From Blasia pusilla (lineage: Eukaryota), in assembly GCA_050084515.1 (NCBI GenBank), contig CM114271.1:34348001-34412000 (forward strand): 64,000 nucleotides of DNA, read 5' to 3'. A model generated the notes under the pieces. That model worked only from the letters and a program-made list of their open reading frames with translations. It was not told the DNA's origin and did not search any database. Below, piece after piece: positions 36,284 to 49,806 of this stretch (positions are counted from its first letter, which is position 1; each line of letters starts with the position of its first letter). The position numbers and the translations under genes were made by a program.

Positions 36284-39200
36284 ATGGAGACAACGAGGCA
36301 ATTGGAAAAATCTAGGCCAGGTTTAAATGATGTTGGGAGGATTTCTTCCCACGACAATAAGATCTTGCGTAAAGAGAAGGAAGAAACTAGAGGTCTTGGG
36401 TTGAAGAAACTAAGGTGCCCGAGTAATGAATGCAAAGGGATAGAATTGAGATTACTACACATTGCAGAAAAGCACCTCATTCAAAATAAGAGATATCTTC
36501 CCAAACGAATCTAGGTAAATCCTGATGATTAAAATTCATCAGATGAGGAGTGGAAATCAAATGAACACCACCATGGTGATAATCACCATGCTCTAGATGA
36601 TGGTGATGTTATAATTGATATAAATAAGTCATATAGTGATCCACCGTTGAAAATTGACAACACGTTGGATATCCATCGGATGATGAATGAGGCTTTCCAT
36701 ACCTTTGACATGGGAAGGTCCAAGATCTGCCAATAGAGATACAACTAGATGCTAGAATCGAGGATGAAGATCAAGTGCCATTTGAGATTGGGGTAGACGA
36801 ATCTAAAAGGGGAGAAGGTAAGGAGGAATGGGCTACATAGTCTAAGGTGTTAAGGAATTCTTGTCAACCCTTATTTATGGGTCTTAAAACTAGCAAAATT
36901 GCATTCATCATGTTGTTCTTAAACATATGTGGTACTCACAATGTCTCAAATATTGATGTGGATGAGATCCTAAAATTCCTTGCACTTCAAATCATGCCTC
37001 GAGTCATGCCCAATGAGAATGTGGTTCCAAGAAACCACTATGATGCCAAAACATTGATCACTAAGTTGGGTTTGAATTACATTCAAATCCATTGTTGTTC
37101 TAATGGTTGTATGCTCTTCAATGGCGAGCATAAGGACTTGTTGAATTGCTCAAAGTGTAATTCCCCTTGATATAAAGTGCAAGGGAAAACAAAGATTACT
37201 GTAAAGGTTCTCAGACACTTTCCAATTATCCCGTGGCTAAAATGTATGTATAGATGTAAGACCATTGCCGAACTAATGAAATGGACATCAGAAAACAAAA
37301 GTAGTGATTCTAAGGTGCGTCATGTTGGAGATTTTTGACAGTGGAAAGATATAGATCATCGTTGGCGAGAGTTCATGAACGATCCTCATAATTATCGATT
37401 AGGGCTTGCTTTAGATGGAGTTAATCCTTTTAGGGACAAGAGTTTAGTTTGGCCAACTTGGCCTGTTGTTTTGGTGAACTATTATCTTCCACCATGGTTG
37501 TGTACAAAGAAATTCTTTCTCCAATTGGCTTTGATCATTCTTGGTAAGGAGTCAGTGTCTTCTTGTAACTTAGATGTGTATCTAGCTCCACTTGTAAACG
37601 AGTTACAACTACTTTAGAAAGGAGTTGTTGCATATGATAGTTCTTGTCTTGAAGGCCAAGATAAGTTCCTTCTTAGAGCCATGATCATATGGACTATCAG
37701 TGACTATCCTGGGCTAGGTGTGGTCTCTAGCCAATGTACCAAGGGAAAACTGGCATGCGTGGTGTGTGGACCACGAGTAGATTCATATTATTCTAAACCT
37801 TTGCATAAGCCAACATTTCAAGGCCACCGACGGTATACAGATAGGAATCATTCTCATAGGAAGATCCAATTTGCGCATCTTTTCAATCGACAGATTGAAA
37901 ATCGTCCAATGGCCAAGCGCGTGACGAATCATGATATGTTGAGATGGGCTTAAATGAAGAAGATATTTGATGAAAAACCAAGACCTAGGCACAAGAGGGG
38001 TGAGCAAGTTTAGGTTGATCCCTACAAAGTGTATGGGGTCCAACGTAAGAGCATTCTATTCAAACTGCCTTATTGGAAGGTGAGTAAAACCTATTGAAGA
38101 TGTTTGCATTTTTCATACTTGTCGTACTTTCCATTTCTTATGGTAATTGTGTTGGTAGGATCTTGATAGTAGTTTCTTTGTTGAGTGCATGGATGAACCC
38201 TAAATTCAGATTATCCCTTCTTGATTATTTTACGGGATTTATTGATCCGTCATACCCTTGACATTATGCATTGTGAGAAAAATGTTTCAGAAAATATGTT
38301 GAAAACCTTGTTTGGTATGAAAAACAAGGACTCAGTTCAAGTTAGGCAAGACATGGAGGTTAGGGGAATTAGACGTCACTTGTGGATTCAAGCACATCCT
38401 AGTAGAGCATCCGTCAAGTTAAAACCAAAGGCAGATTACGTACTTACCCAGGAGGAGGTTAAGGTATTTGACGCTAGGGTACAAAGTGTGAAAGTTCCTA
38501 GCGGTTATGATGGTGCTTTATAGAAACATCTTCTACGGAAGAATGTGGGTGCACTTAAGTCCCATGACCATCATATTTTTATGCAACAACTCTTACCATT
38601 CTTTTTGCGGGGACTCTTGAAAAGCCCAGTGAGGATGACTATCATGCGCATGTCTAGAATTTTCCGACGCCTTTGTGTGAAGACATACGACTTGGAGGAT
38701 TTTGAATCCTTAAAAGAAGACGTTTCTACCACACTTTGCCTTATGGAGATACACTTCCCCCCTTCCTTTTTTGACGTGATGACTCACCTCCTTGTCCATT
38801 TGGTTGAAGAGCTTGATATTTTTGGCCTTGTTCCATGTCGGTGGATGTACCCTGTGGAGAGATACTTGGGTGTATTGAAGAATTACGTCAAATCACGTGC
38901 TAGACTATAAGGCTCTATGACCAAAGGATATCTACTTGATGAAGCTCTTGGTCTTGTCACCGAGTACATGCAAAACTATGATGTCATACAAACAAGAGTT
39001 TGGGATGCAACCAAGGACGAAGGAGTTATTGGCGAAGTGTTAGAAGGTGCTCGGACCAAGCGTCAAATGAGCTTTGAACTTCTTGAAGTGGCACATGCAT
39101 ATGTGCTCCACAATAGTGAATGTTTCACAATGTGGTTGGAGTAAGTACTAGTGTTATGTTGTTATGGCCTTTCCATCTAGTTTCCTTCTATCCTTTCTAT

Positions 39201-40117
39201 TCTATTGAATCAGATTATTTGGGCATGAAGAAGTAGCTACCTTTTGTACATAATAGAGGGTGCAGTTTTTTAAAAGTGTGTCATTAGTGGTTATTTCGCA
39301 GGAAGTTGAGAGAGGAGGGCAATGGGGATTCCACATTCTCTGAGTGGATCCGTCCAAAGATCATAGAATGGTTAGCTTCCGGCCATGATGTTGATGATAT
39401 GGTTGTAAAATTTTCGGTCCCACCTTCTCAATTTTACTTGTCATACAAAAAATGAAAGCTTATGGAAACCATTTTAGGGTAGATGATGGAAGTGATTACA
39501 CAACCTTTGATTCGGGGATTGCATCAATCTTTGAATCTCATTCGTCAGAGGAAGCTATTGCAAACCATCATATGCCTTATGTTGGCCTCTTGTATGATAT
39601 TTTAGTTATGGATTATGGCCGCTTAGAGCAGCCCATTATCTTGATGAGGGGAAAATGGGTTCAATCTACATGGGGCTCCCGAGAACCCACCATGCTTTAT
39701 GATGAGAATGGTTTCCTACTAGCCAACTTTAGAAAATTCTTGCCCTTGAATTCTGATCCTTTTGTTTTTCCTAGCCAAGTAGAGCAAGTATTTTATGGAG
39801 ATGTAGAAGATAGGCTAGGATGGAAAGTTGTTATGCAAAAACAAGCACGATCAAGAAGGGTAGTGGGGGAGAGTGTAGACCTATCAAGAAATGATAGCTT
39901 GCAACCTAGAGGGTTTGATGCTCATACATAGCTAGAGAGTGAAGTTCCTGACATAACACTGGTTGGGGCAATATAACTATCAGATGAAGAAATAACAATT
40001 GCAAATATGGACTACACTACAAACGATATAGAGGATGCAAATGAAGGAATGTATGAGGCTCCTACATCTCAGGATGAGAAGGAGCAAAAGAGTAGCTCAA
40101 ATAGTCAAGATGAATAG
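36284..40117 (+). mobile_element. CACTA/En-Spm TnpD-like transposase pseudogene (Transposase_21, DUF4218, DUF4216 regions)
   Basis: CPSNECK, IHCCSNGCMLF...CSKC, RLGLALDGVNPF, TWPVVLVNYYLPPW, WTISDYPGLG, LPYWK/DLLIRHTLDIMHCEKNV, LKSHDHHIFMQ, FPPSFFDVMTHLLVHL, WMYPVERYL, DPFVFPSQVEQVFY. Intron-like breaks at ~38080-38236 and ~39141-39301; multiple stops. Confidence 0.93.
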
Positions 40118-40400
40118 TCAATTCATGCCTTTTGGTGTTATTCTATACAAGTAGGGCAACAACTTTACCTTGTAAGGTTTTAAGTGAGAAGGATTTTCAA
40201 TGATAATAGTATGCCTTGGACATGTGAATTTTGAGTTTTCTAAATGCTTTTTTTGGATTTTGGATCTATCTGTTTGAGGAACTTTATCCAACTTGATGAC
40301 ATATATCTTTTTTGAGAAAAAAATTCCTAGAGAAGTACTTACAATCGGACCTTATTTGTAGTTTTACACCGGGTCCAATTTCATTAGTGTTTGAATGATC

Positions 40401-42800
40401 ATGCCATCGGAGGTGGGCAGAGACTTTGAGACTGATGATAAGACCCGCATTGTAGAGGAGAGTCCTTGGAGTAAGTACCATCGACTACATGAGGAGCGTG
40501 TGGCTTTTGTGAGAGAGATGACAAGGAAACTTAGGAAGGAGTTTTAGTTAGAAGTACTCTTTGAACTTGGACATTGGTGGACTTACTTTAAGAAGGTTCT
40601 GGTTTTCATCCTTTGTGACTATAATCTTACTAACATTGGATGGATTGGCTATCAATTTGGTTTGAAGGAGAGTTCTTCCACCTCTTAAGCAACCTGTTCT
40701 TCAAAAGAGTGCAAGAACCAGCGAGGGTGCTTGTTCATTAACTCCAAATGTATGTAATACTTGGAGTGTTGCACAGAGAACAATTGCGTCGTAGGACTCA
40801 TCAAATGATGAAGAGAAAGGGTTCAGTAGTAATAGTGAATCTGATAAAGACTAAGATGCAACACCTGAACAATCTTCTCCTGAAGGTTTAGAATAGATTT
40901 GAGTAGCCAAAGGGAAGTCTCCATTGAGGCAGAAGAAGAATCGAGGCAAGGCGAGTGAAGAATGTGTAAGTAAGAAGTCTCTTTTTTGCAAATATTGAAA
41001 TACTTGCATAGTAGGTATTTTATATTTTCATAGCTTCTTTCTTTCAAATACTAAAATGACTCACTTTGATTAAATTGTTTGGCGATAGCGTCCTAGTCCG
41101 GGCAAGAAGCAAAAATAAAGCGAGAAGAACCCACTTTCCCATCTTCCCGGAGTCCTACAATGGCCGATTTCTGGGATGTACCCAGGGTTCCAAATGCCCA
41201 CACAATGCCCTTCGGGCATGTCAGGTACTCAAAAGGATCCTAAACACCTCCCATAATATTTCATGAAGTTATAAGTTTGGACAAGGGGTCATTTTTTGAG
41301 GGCTCCAAGAGTTTATTAAATCCGATGTTGATGCATGTTAAATTTTGGCATGCAGGTTCTATTCCTCCTGGATCGGACCAACCCCTTGGCTTCTTTGGTG
41401 GACATTTCTTTGTTCCAAATCTTGGACTTGCCCCACAGGTTCCACCAACTGATCACCAACCTGGTCCACTTGATAAGATAAGTCATTGTATTAATGTTGC
41501 CTATTATGTCAGATTGTACCAAGTAGTAAGGAGAGGGATTTTGATTTTTCTAAAGTGTAGAAGTGGGAAATTTTTGGTGTAGAATCATCAATTAAATGGA
41601 TGAAGAGAAAGGAGGATTATAATGCATGGAAGGCGGCCAACAAGATTTGAGAGCGAGCTGGGCTAAAACTTTTGGTTGAGGTCACAAGAAAGGGTAAGAT
41701 AGTATATGGTTGTGACGGAAAAAGTAGTTGGTACGATGAAGTGAAGGTTGCAGTGCATTGACACTTAGACATCAACATTGTTGATGTTGTTAAATAAACA
41801 CATACAGATTTGAAAGATGTGCGTAGGGATGTTGATGCCCACTATGAATACACGGGGAGTGAACTTAGTGAGAAATTTTGGCGAAACTCTCTCCAAGAAC
41901 TAATGAAGAGGGATAGGGCTCGATTGAAGAGGATGTGGACAGAGGCAGGCTGTTCTCCGAAATGCCCCTCTCCTCTAGATGTGAATCCTAAGAGTTGGGA
42001 AAGTTTGAAATCATATTGGTTGTCTCCCGAAGGACAAAACAAATCTAAGCGTATGAAGGCCAATCGCTCAAAGGTGGAGAAGCCCAATCCCAATGGAAGG
42101 CGTGGTTGTGTAGGAGCAAAGCACAATTTGGTAAAGTCATGCTTTTATTCTCATTATCTCTTCCACCAAGTTTTCATTCTTCTAAATCTTCTACACATCT
42201 TAATCTTAACTTGCAATGGTAACCTCATGTGATGGAAGGTAGCGAAAAGAGATGGGCGGGAGGAGTCCATCCCTACAAGACATTGAGGAGTCTTTGGATG
42301 CAGGAAAAGCATCCCCAAGCTAAGCAACTGTTAATAAGGTAAGCTAATGGGTGACCTTGTTGATAATTAGGTTACAAAAAACAGAAGTTGTCTTGGCATA
42401 GTATTCTAAATTGGATCGCTGTAAAATTCTCTTACAATTTCAGAAATTGTTTTGCTGTATGATATTCAAAATTGGCTTGGCTGTAAATTTCTCTTACAAA
42501 TTCAGAAGTTTTCTTGGCATAGTATTCAAAATTGGCTTGTTGTAAACTGAATTTACAGGTATAGAAGTTTCCTTAGCATAGTATGGTGAATTGGCTTGTT
42601 GTAAACCGAACTTCGAAGTTGGTCATGTGATCTAATATTGTATCTTCATCAAGTTTTTCTTACCAAAAAAATTCTCACTTGTATGTTGGTATTGTTTGTG
42701 AGAGTGGTCTATCCACCTTGACAGATAGGATACGAGTGGTTGAAAATGACTTGGGTGGTCTCAAATCAAACATGGAAATCTTGATGGGAATGATATGAAC
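40401..42800 (+). mobile_element. Second CACTA gene (TnpA/PTTA-like), degenerate and multi-exon
   Basis: 41810-42130 encodes RDRARLKRMW...CPSPLDVNPKSWESLKSYWLSPEGQNKSKRMKANRSKV...NGRRGCVG, the W..L..YW.S...S..K.NR signature of En/Spm TnpA-like proteins. A probable first exon starts at ATG 40401. Confidence 0.7.
42382..42611 (+). repeat. About 60-bp tandem repeat, 4 diverged copies
   Basis: AGAAGTT..CTTGGCATAGTATTC.AAATTGG...TGTAAA unit at ~42382, 42441, 42503, 42561. Confidence 0.8.
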
Positions 42801-43790
42801 TAAAGGATATGGCAAGTAAGGGACAAAACAATATACCAAATCACAAGGTGGGGTCCATACGGACAAGTCCTTCCATAAGACGGACATAAGTCCACGGACA
42901 TGGATATGAAGGGGGGAGAACCACCAATCCCTATGTGGCACAATTTTGGTTAGCATAATGTCGCTGGACAGATTCAGTTGCCCGGCGGCGTTTAGGGTTT
43001 AGGGTTCCGAATATTTCCGAACCTCTCCTCAGCCGCGGGTCAACCAAGAGAACCAAGGAAGAGACGAGAGTTCATATGGTCGAAACATTCAAACTGCACA
43101 TGAATATGTCAAATGTTTCTTTTCTACTTCACCAGACGCCCATTTTGCAGGCACCGCCCCACCAGTGAAAGGAAATAATGGTGCTATGGAACATCCATCA
43201 TTCCGGTTATGAGAAAACGCAAACCCCTTTCGGACAAGCGTTCAATAGCGGGTTTCCGTGTACGCATTACACGTTCGCATGGTCTTTGGAAATGGACCAA
43301 TCGCATCGCGTACACTCTGCAGCTCGTTCGGTAGTAGTTCGAGCTATGGATCCAACGAAGCACCAGTCTGTCCTCACCGAGCGCAGCGCTGGACGTTCGA
43401 ACTGTTCTTGACAATCTGAGAACTTGGGAGATCGTCGCAGTCACCTCAGCGCTGGTCATTTTGCAGCAGATGTGTGGATGTTTCGGTAGATGGACCGAGC
43501 GAGGGTTTAAAGCTCCGGAGTTTTATCATCATGTCGCCTCGGTTTGTTGCTCGGGAACATGATGTAAAATGGTAGTTGTTTTAAACAGTCGCCGCAATTC
43601 CTCTCAAAATGCATTCCGATTGGCTACGTTTCGCGAGCATCGTGAGATGCTCCATCCGATTTCTCAAGCGTCGCAACATTTCGGACCGGTCGCGCGTCGG
43701 GAATCATAGCAACAGATCCGTTCTCTGGATCGTCGGTCCACAGACTTCGTGCCTCCCCGCCCGCCGTTCCGTACCCGCCCGCTCACGGAG

Positions 43791-45086
43791 ATGGTGCGTA
43801 CGAGGGAGTCTGGCAGTCGGGAGATCCAGTTTCACAATGAGCAGGACCGGCGTTCCGGACCCAGATATGAATCCTTTCACCGAATGCCCGGGGAGCGTAT
43901 TAACTCCGGTTCCGCCCGGGACTTTCACGACACGAATGCCGACATAGAAATGCCGCCGCAACGGCCGCAACACACTTACGAGTTCCTTCCCCGATCTCGT
44001 AGCTTCCAGAGCCATGATGAAGCAGAGGACAGAACGATTCGGTCCGCAGACGCTCACGGATTGAGTTACGACGATCGCTCGTCTACTCACGAGAGCACGG
44101 AATATCGTGACAATTTCGGAGACGGTGGGCGGTCTAGATCTCGTAGGAGCATTTCTTCTCCCTCACGGTCCCAAGCTCCTGCGGAGTCTCGCCACCTTAC
44201 GAGATTGAGATCCCGTTCTAGATCTCCCAGGAGAGTGCCGCCGGAGGATCTACTTCCAGCCGGAATTCCCAGTAGTCTCGTTCATGCTTCAGAAGTCAGC
44301 CCTAGATCCCCTGTCAGCTATGCACGATATCACGAATCTCCTCCACGCGCCCGCTCCATTCCTCCCCCAGAAGTAAGCAGCAGTACCGGTGGTACCCAGC
44401 AGCATAGTAGCTTTTATCCATCGGAAGAGGACGAGGTAAGCTCGAAGTACCCCGGAACCCAATCCTCCGACCATTCGAGAAACCGCGTGCAACGCCCGAC
44501 CAGGCCTACGAACTATGGCGATCGATCTCGACCTCGTGTCGAAACGCCTCTCGATAGTACCGCTCATTGTGAGCCCGTGGGTTTTCGGGAAAGGAGAAGG
44601 CTGCTTGCTGAGGAACGAGAGAGGGTGGCTAGGGAGAGGATGCAAGAGAACCCGAACCGATTAGCTTCGACATGGCCGCGACCGCTGTATGACCCGAATC
44701 GCTACACAGAGGAGCCAAACTTTCGCGATCGCTCTAGAAGCCCGCCGCGCAGATCGAATTACAATCGAAATTGGGAAAATGATGTACGTATTACAGACAG
44801 TCCCCAGTTCTCGGAGCCCACGCAACATTATTCTGTTGACGCGGGCAGCGCGCACCTAGGCGAGATTGTCGCCGAGACTCGTAGACACCATCCCCAGTAC
44901 ACGTCGAGGAGGGAAGATCGACGTTATGGCCTGGGGGGTAGACTAGGAGATGATCCCATCGGATCGCATCCGCAAGATGTCGAGGATGTGATGGACGACA
45001 ATTTTTCGCCCACTCCCGTGGAAGTAGCAGCCCATAGTTTGGGTGCTTTGACGTTGCGATCTCGTCCAGGAAGCCCGAGGCGTTAA
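43791..45086 (+). CDS. Intact single-exon ORF, 431 aa, Arg/Ser/Pro/Glu/Asp-rich, probably disordered; no family recognised
   Basis: 432 codons uninterrupted from ATG 43791 to TAA 45086 in a CpG-rich island, whereas neighbouring TE ORFs are full of stops. Confidence 0.55.
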   Translation: MVRTRESGSREIQFHNEQDRRSGPRYESFHRMPGERINSGSARDFHDTNADIEMPPQRPQHTYEFLPRSRSFQSHDEAEDRTIRSADAHGLSYDDRSSTHESTEYRDNFGDGGRSRSRRSISSPSRSQAPAESRHLTRLRSRSRSPRRVPPEDLLPAGIPSSLVHASEVSPRSPVSYARYHESPPRARSIPPPEVSSSTGGTQQHSSFYPSEEDEVSSKYPGTQSSDHSRNRVQRPTRPTNYGDRSRPRVETPLDSTAHCEPVGFRERRRLLAEERERVARERMQENPNRLASTWPRPLYDPNRYTEEPNFRDRSRSPPRRSNYNRNWENDVRITDSPQFSEPTQHYSVDAGSAHLGEIVAETRRHHPQYTSRREDRRYGLGGRLGDDPIGSHPQDVEDVMDDNFSPTPVEVAAHSLGALTLRSRPGSPRR

Positions 45087-46314
45087 GCATCTGTACCCCG
45101 TTTGCTGACAGGAACTAGAGCCTTTGAGGGATGGGATCATTCATCGGTCGAGCGAGAGATTGCAGTGCGCGCTCTCTCTCTCTCTCCCCATACGGTGTTC
45201 AACGGAGACGTCAGTTCCGTTGGCATCTGCCCCTAAATCCGGACCTGATCCCATGTCCCCCCTTTGGGAAGAAACTCTTCATTGCGTTTGCAACGAAACG
45301 TCTACTCTCGATCACGGGTTGAGCGCCTTCAACACTCACAGAAGATGCCACAGTTCGTAAATCCATAGATATATTGCTGGAAGGCCTAATCTGACATGCT
45401 AAGTCTCCTATAAAACGGATGGATCTCACTTATTTCCGTCCCTATAATCGTAAAACTGAAATCTGTCGATGTACTGCTTAGAAGAATTCGTCGATTCGAT
45501 CGACTATCAAGTCGATCGAAACTGGACCTCCTCACTGCAGAACCGTCCCTACAGTGGTTGAGTTTGTTTAACCGTAGGTTATACTAACTCAACTACAACT
45601 ACGTTAGGATGTATTCGGCACAAACCTTCCTTTTTAGGCGGCCTATGAAGAATAACGTTCGATTCTCACGGAGCGGGAGCATTTCCGCATTAAATATTAT
45701 TATTAGTAAGTGCACTCAAATGCATGGGAAATAAAAATATGTTTTAAAAGTGTATAATCTGAAGAGATTAATTAATGAGGTGAAGGGAAGAGATTAGTGA
45801 TGTTTTAAATTAATTCAAATTCGTAACATACAATCCGGTTTCCGTGTTTAAAATAAAAAAAAACATACACATTAGGACGTCCAATAATGTGTGATTTTCT
45901 AATGATTTCGAGAAGTTGTGTGCGAAACGTGTAAGGAGGGGTGTGATAACGTCCGATCTCAGGTCAAAAGCTCAGGTCAGGAGTTGGTACTTCATTAGGT
46001 CTCCAGTGACGGGACTGCTGTACCAGAGTCCGGTAGTTTTTTGCTAGAACCGGTACATTTCCGGTCTTTATGGACTAGAACAATAATTTTGGATATTTTC
46101 TTGAATCCGGCTAGATAAAGAGATACAAATACAAAGGAGGACCCCTCTATTTTTTCGGTTTTTGGCCCTTACAAAATGAATCGGAAATTCTAAATTTCTT
46201 CAGGCTAAGTCAACACTTAACCCCGGTTCTCCACGGACATTGGATATTTCAACTTAAACATTTTATTTACACGAATCAAAATTTTACCGCATTGGCGTTT
46301 AGCTTTGAGTATAA

Positions 46315-47482
46315 CCCATGAACGCCACGTGTGAATTTTTATAGTTCTTTTTATGGAATTTTTTGAAATTCACATAAAATTTTATTTCTATGAGGAATTA
46401 TGAGTCTCTTTTATGCTCAATTTATTTTTCATTTCAAAAAAAAATTCTTCTTTTCATATATTTAAAAAGATTGAACTTTTAATTTCAAGTTAGGTTTGAG
46501 AGGGAAATCACGCATTGTTTTGGAAAGAATAAAGAATAATTATAAAATAACAGTGGGAAAAGAAGTATTCTTCAAAAGAGTGAAAATCATTTTAGTTTCT
46601 TTTCAAAACAAATGAAGCTTTCATTGGGATTTTTCAGGAATATTTTGAAAAAATAATCAAAATGAATGATTTTATTTTATTAATCGATAGAGGGAAGTCT
46701 AAAATATGATGATAAATTCATTTTCAAATTAAGAAGAGATAATAAATGATTAAAAAAAAAAAATGTATTTTCATGATTATTCACATATTAAACCGAAAAT
46801 TTTATTTTCCATTTAATTCTTAATTCCACCTTCAATGTGTGGCTTTTCATTAATGGTTTCATTGTATTCTCCATTTTTAAAGTATTTTCATTTTCATGCA
46901 TATGGTAAAGCATTACAAACAGAAAAACATTTACTAATATAATGATAAAAAAATAATATTTCATTGAAATATATGAAATAATTGAGAATTAAAATTCTTA
47001 TTTTAGAAATTGATCTTCATTATGATTCACTTCATAATGTAGAGATAAATTTTAAAATTAAATTTTATATTTAAATGAACAAAATAAAATCATTCATTTT
47101 GATATAGAAGTTTGTTCAAAATATTCTTTAAAACCTCTTGCAACAAAATCTTGAAATTTTTAAAAAGTCTATTTTTAGAATAATTTTTTTCCACAATTTT
47201 ATTGTTAAATATTTTCATTTTTCACCCAAAAATATGAAATTTCCTATGCTCTCCGAACTTGAAATAAAAAAAGTTTTAAACTTAATATTAAAATAATAAA
47301 TTTAATTCTTTCAATGGAAAAAACAATTGAACATAAAAGAGACTTAAAATTTCTAAAATTTTCTTTGGATTTTTTTACAAAATTACTAAAACCACTTTTC
47401 TACTCAAATTTTATCTTCGTTTAGGCAAAATAAACTTTAATAATTATTGAGTTGAATGGTTTCACGCATGATGTTCAATGGG
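46315..47482. mobile_element. AT-rich foldback/long-TIR MITE-like element
   Basis: Symmetric inverted matches: CCCATGAACGCCACGTGTGAA vs TTCACGCATGATGTTCAATGGG; GAGTCTCTTTTATGCTCAATT (~46402) vs AATTGAACATAAAAGAGACTT (~47325); ATCAAAATGAATGATTTTATTT (~46656) vs AAATAAAATCATTCATTTTGAT (~47082). No TSD found. Confidence 0.65.
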
Positions 47483-47616
47483 AGGATCATTGCCAACACT
47501 TGCGCCCTTAATAGTATTGCTAGTTAGCAATGCGCGTGTTACGTACGAAAAGAGATAGTATTTTAAAGAATTATTAGAAAAAATTTGAAATTAAAGAGTG
47601 GACATTATTTTTAAAC

Positions 47617-47832
47617 CCACTCCTCACATGCATAAAATCACCTGTAAACCAATTCCCCCATAAATATAATCCCTATTAATCAAACTAAACCCCATTACTT
47701 CGTAGAATAATTACTACCTAAGTTTTAATCCATTCCTCACATACATAAAATCACCACTAAACCACTCCCCATAAATATAACCAATCAAATTAAATTCCAC
47801 TACTTCTTACAATAATTACTATCCAAATTTTT
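47617..47832 (+). repeat. Diverged tandem duplication, about 113-bp unit
   Basis: CCA.TCCTCACAT.CATAAAATCACC...CCCCATAAATATAA...AATAATTACTA occurs twice. Confidence 0.75.
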
Positions 47833-47945
47833 TCATTTCTTTTCAAACCCATAGCAAGTTACAAAATGAATACATGAAAACAAAAATAGTAACATTTTAC
47901 TATCTTGTCCTATTATGGTTGCTATCTTGTCTTATTCTACTTGTG

Positions 47946-48245
47946 CAAGGTTGCATGTGGACAAAGTCCGTGTCCGTGAACTTATGTTCGTCATATTGAA
48001 GGATTTGTCCGTATGGGCTCCACCTTTCTGTTCTCTCATTCCCTTTACTTGCCTTCGTGTTCCATACTCTCTCATTTCTTCCTCCCTCCACCTCCACTCC
48101 CTCCTCCCTCATTGCTCCTCTCATCCTTGTCTTGCCTTCCATCATGGACTAAAAGTGTGGGTCCCACCTCTTTGAACCCATGTCCGTGGACATATCTAGA
48201 CTTGTCCGTCCTAAGGAAGGACTTGTCCGCTTTTGTGCAACCATA
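47946..48245. mobile_element. hAT-type non-autonomous element (MITE-like)
   Basis: Termini CAAGGTTGCA...TGCAACCATA, subterminal TGTCCG/CGGACA motifs, 8-bp flanks TACTTGTG/TATTTTTG (6/8). Confidence 0.65.
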
Positions 48246-49297
48246 TATTTTTGGGGTTGCGCATTATAGTATGGATTATTAGTATACATCATAAGTTTGT
48301 TTTTATTAGTTGTATTAGGTTTTTCATAAATATTCCAGAAATGTTCTTAAGATGATCAAAACTTTTTTATACAAAATAATCTCTTATGGACAAATTCAAG
48401 AAAGGATTTTATTTTCAATATGGCAGAGGAATAAATAGGGTTATATTTTGATTAGGGCGGAGGCATAGTCTTATATTTTTAATAAAGTAGAACCCAATTA
48501 TGAACTTGAAATTCTATAATTTTTTATTTTCAATATATGAGTCAACGATGGATACTATTAAATTTTCAAGAGGGAAGGGTAAGAGAAGATTCGAGGGTTT
48601 ATAAAGGATTTAAAAAAAATCAACATGGGAAAAAGAAAGAAAGTGATGAATTTTCAATGACAAGATTCATAAGGATTGTTTTTAAGACATTAAATTTCAA
48701 CATGATATGGAGATGGGAGAGGAGATGAGAAATGGATCAAGTCCCATCGACCTTTGTCTAACCAGACCACCCCTCTTAATCAATATTCAATAGAATGTTT
48801 GGCATTGAATTTTTGGAAATTTATAGAATATTTAATGTATCGGTTTCCCTTAGGTGAGAAAACAGGTTCCATATCTATGATGGAATATCAATAAAAAAAG
48901 TCCAGATTGAATATTCAGAAAGTTCCCGAAAAAACTTACCAAACATTTGATTTATGCAAGACCTTATTTGTTCCTCCAAAAAGGGAAGACTTTGATAGGG
49001 GAGGAGAGGATCTACATAGACGGACCAAAAGGACAAATATGGATGGGCCATCTTCGGATGTCAAGAGAGTATCACTCTTTCTTGGCCCATTGCACAAGCA
49101 CAAAAGGGCATGAATGAATACTATTTTATATACATTTATTTATTTGTTGAATTCGTATCTTTCTAGAATTAGTTAATAATACTCATTCAATATAATTCTC
49201 CATGCTATAAGAGTTCCAAATACTTCTACAAGTTTGTTATCTTAAGATTGAAAGCTTGCCTTAGAAGGATGATTCAATTAGGAATGGGATCCTCAAG

Positions 49298-49806
49298 CAA
49301 GGTTGTACGCAGACAAAGTCTGTGTACACAGACTTATGTTTGTCTTTGGAACCCTAAACGTGTCTATGCGGTCTTGGGTTTCTACGGCCCGCACCCGCAA
49401 CCGAGCATGCCCCGCTTGCATTATAGACCCGGGCTTGGCTAGTCCAAAAACCCGTCATCCTTTCTTGCCACCCATTTTGTAGTCTGCACCGAGCTGGTAG
49501 AGGCGCGTACCAGCTTGCGGTAGGCCTTTGCAGGATCCGTGGTAGGCCGATAGAGTGTGGGTTCTAGGGCCCACAGTTGCCTGCTCGGGCCAATTGCGGG
49601 CCCTGAGATTGGCCTCTACAGACCAATGAATATCCAATATGCGCTACGCAGGCTAGATGCGGGCTTGGCGATGGCTCGTAGCCTACATACCCATTCGATC
49701 CCTACTCGCACCCTCTCTTGCCCCTTAAGCCCGTGGGGGCAACTGGGAAACCAAAAAGATATGGGTAGGGGACTCATTGGGCATAGACCATTCCTATGCA
49801 ATCTTA
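49298..49806. mobile_element. hAT-type non-autonomous element, same family as 47946-48245
   Basis: Termini CAAGGTTGTA...TGCAATCTTA, shared start CAGACAAAGTCTGTGTACACAGACTTATG, 8-bp flanks TCCTCAAG/CTCTTAAG differing only by C/T. Confidence 0.6.

Noticed and set aside
42382-42611. Regularly spaced repeats resembling a CRISPR array (also 10901-11146)
   Set aside because: Whole units are similar with no unique spacers, the context is eukaryotic and there are no cas genes.
42991-43006. TTTAGGGTTTAGGGTT as an interstitial telomere
   Set aside because: Only two units; at most a telo-box motif.
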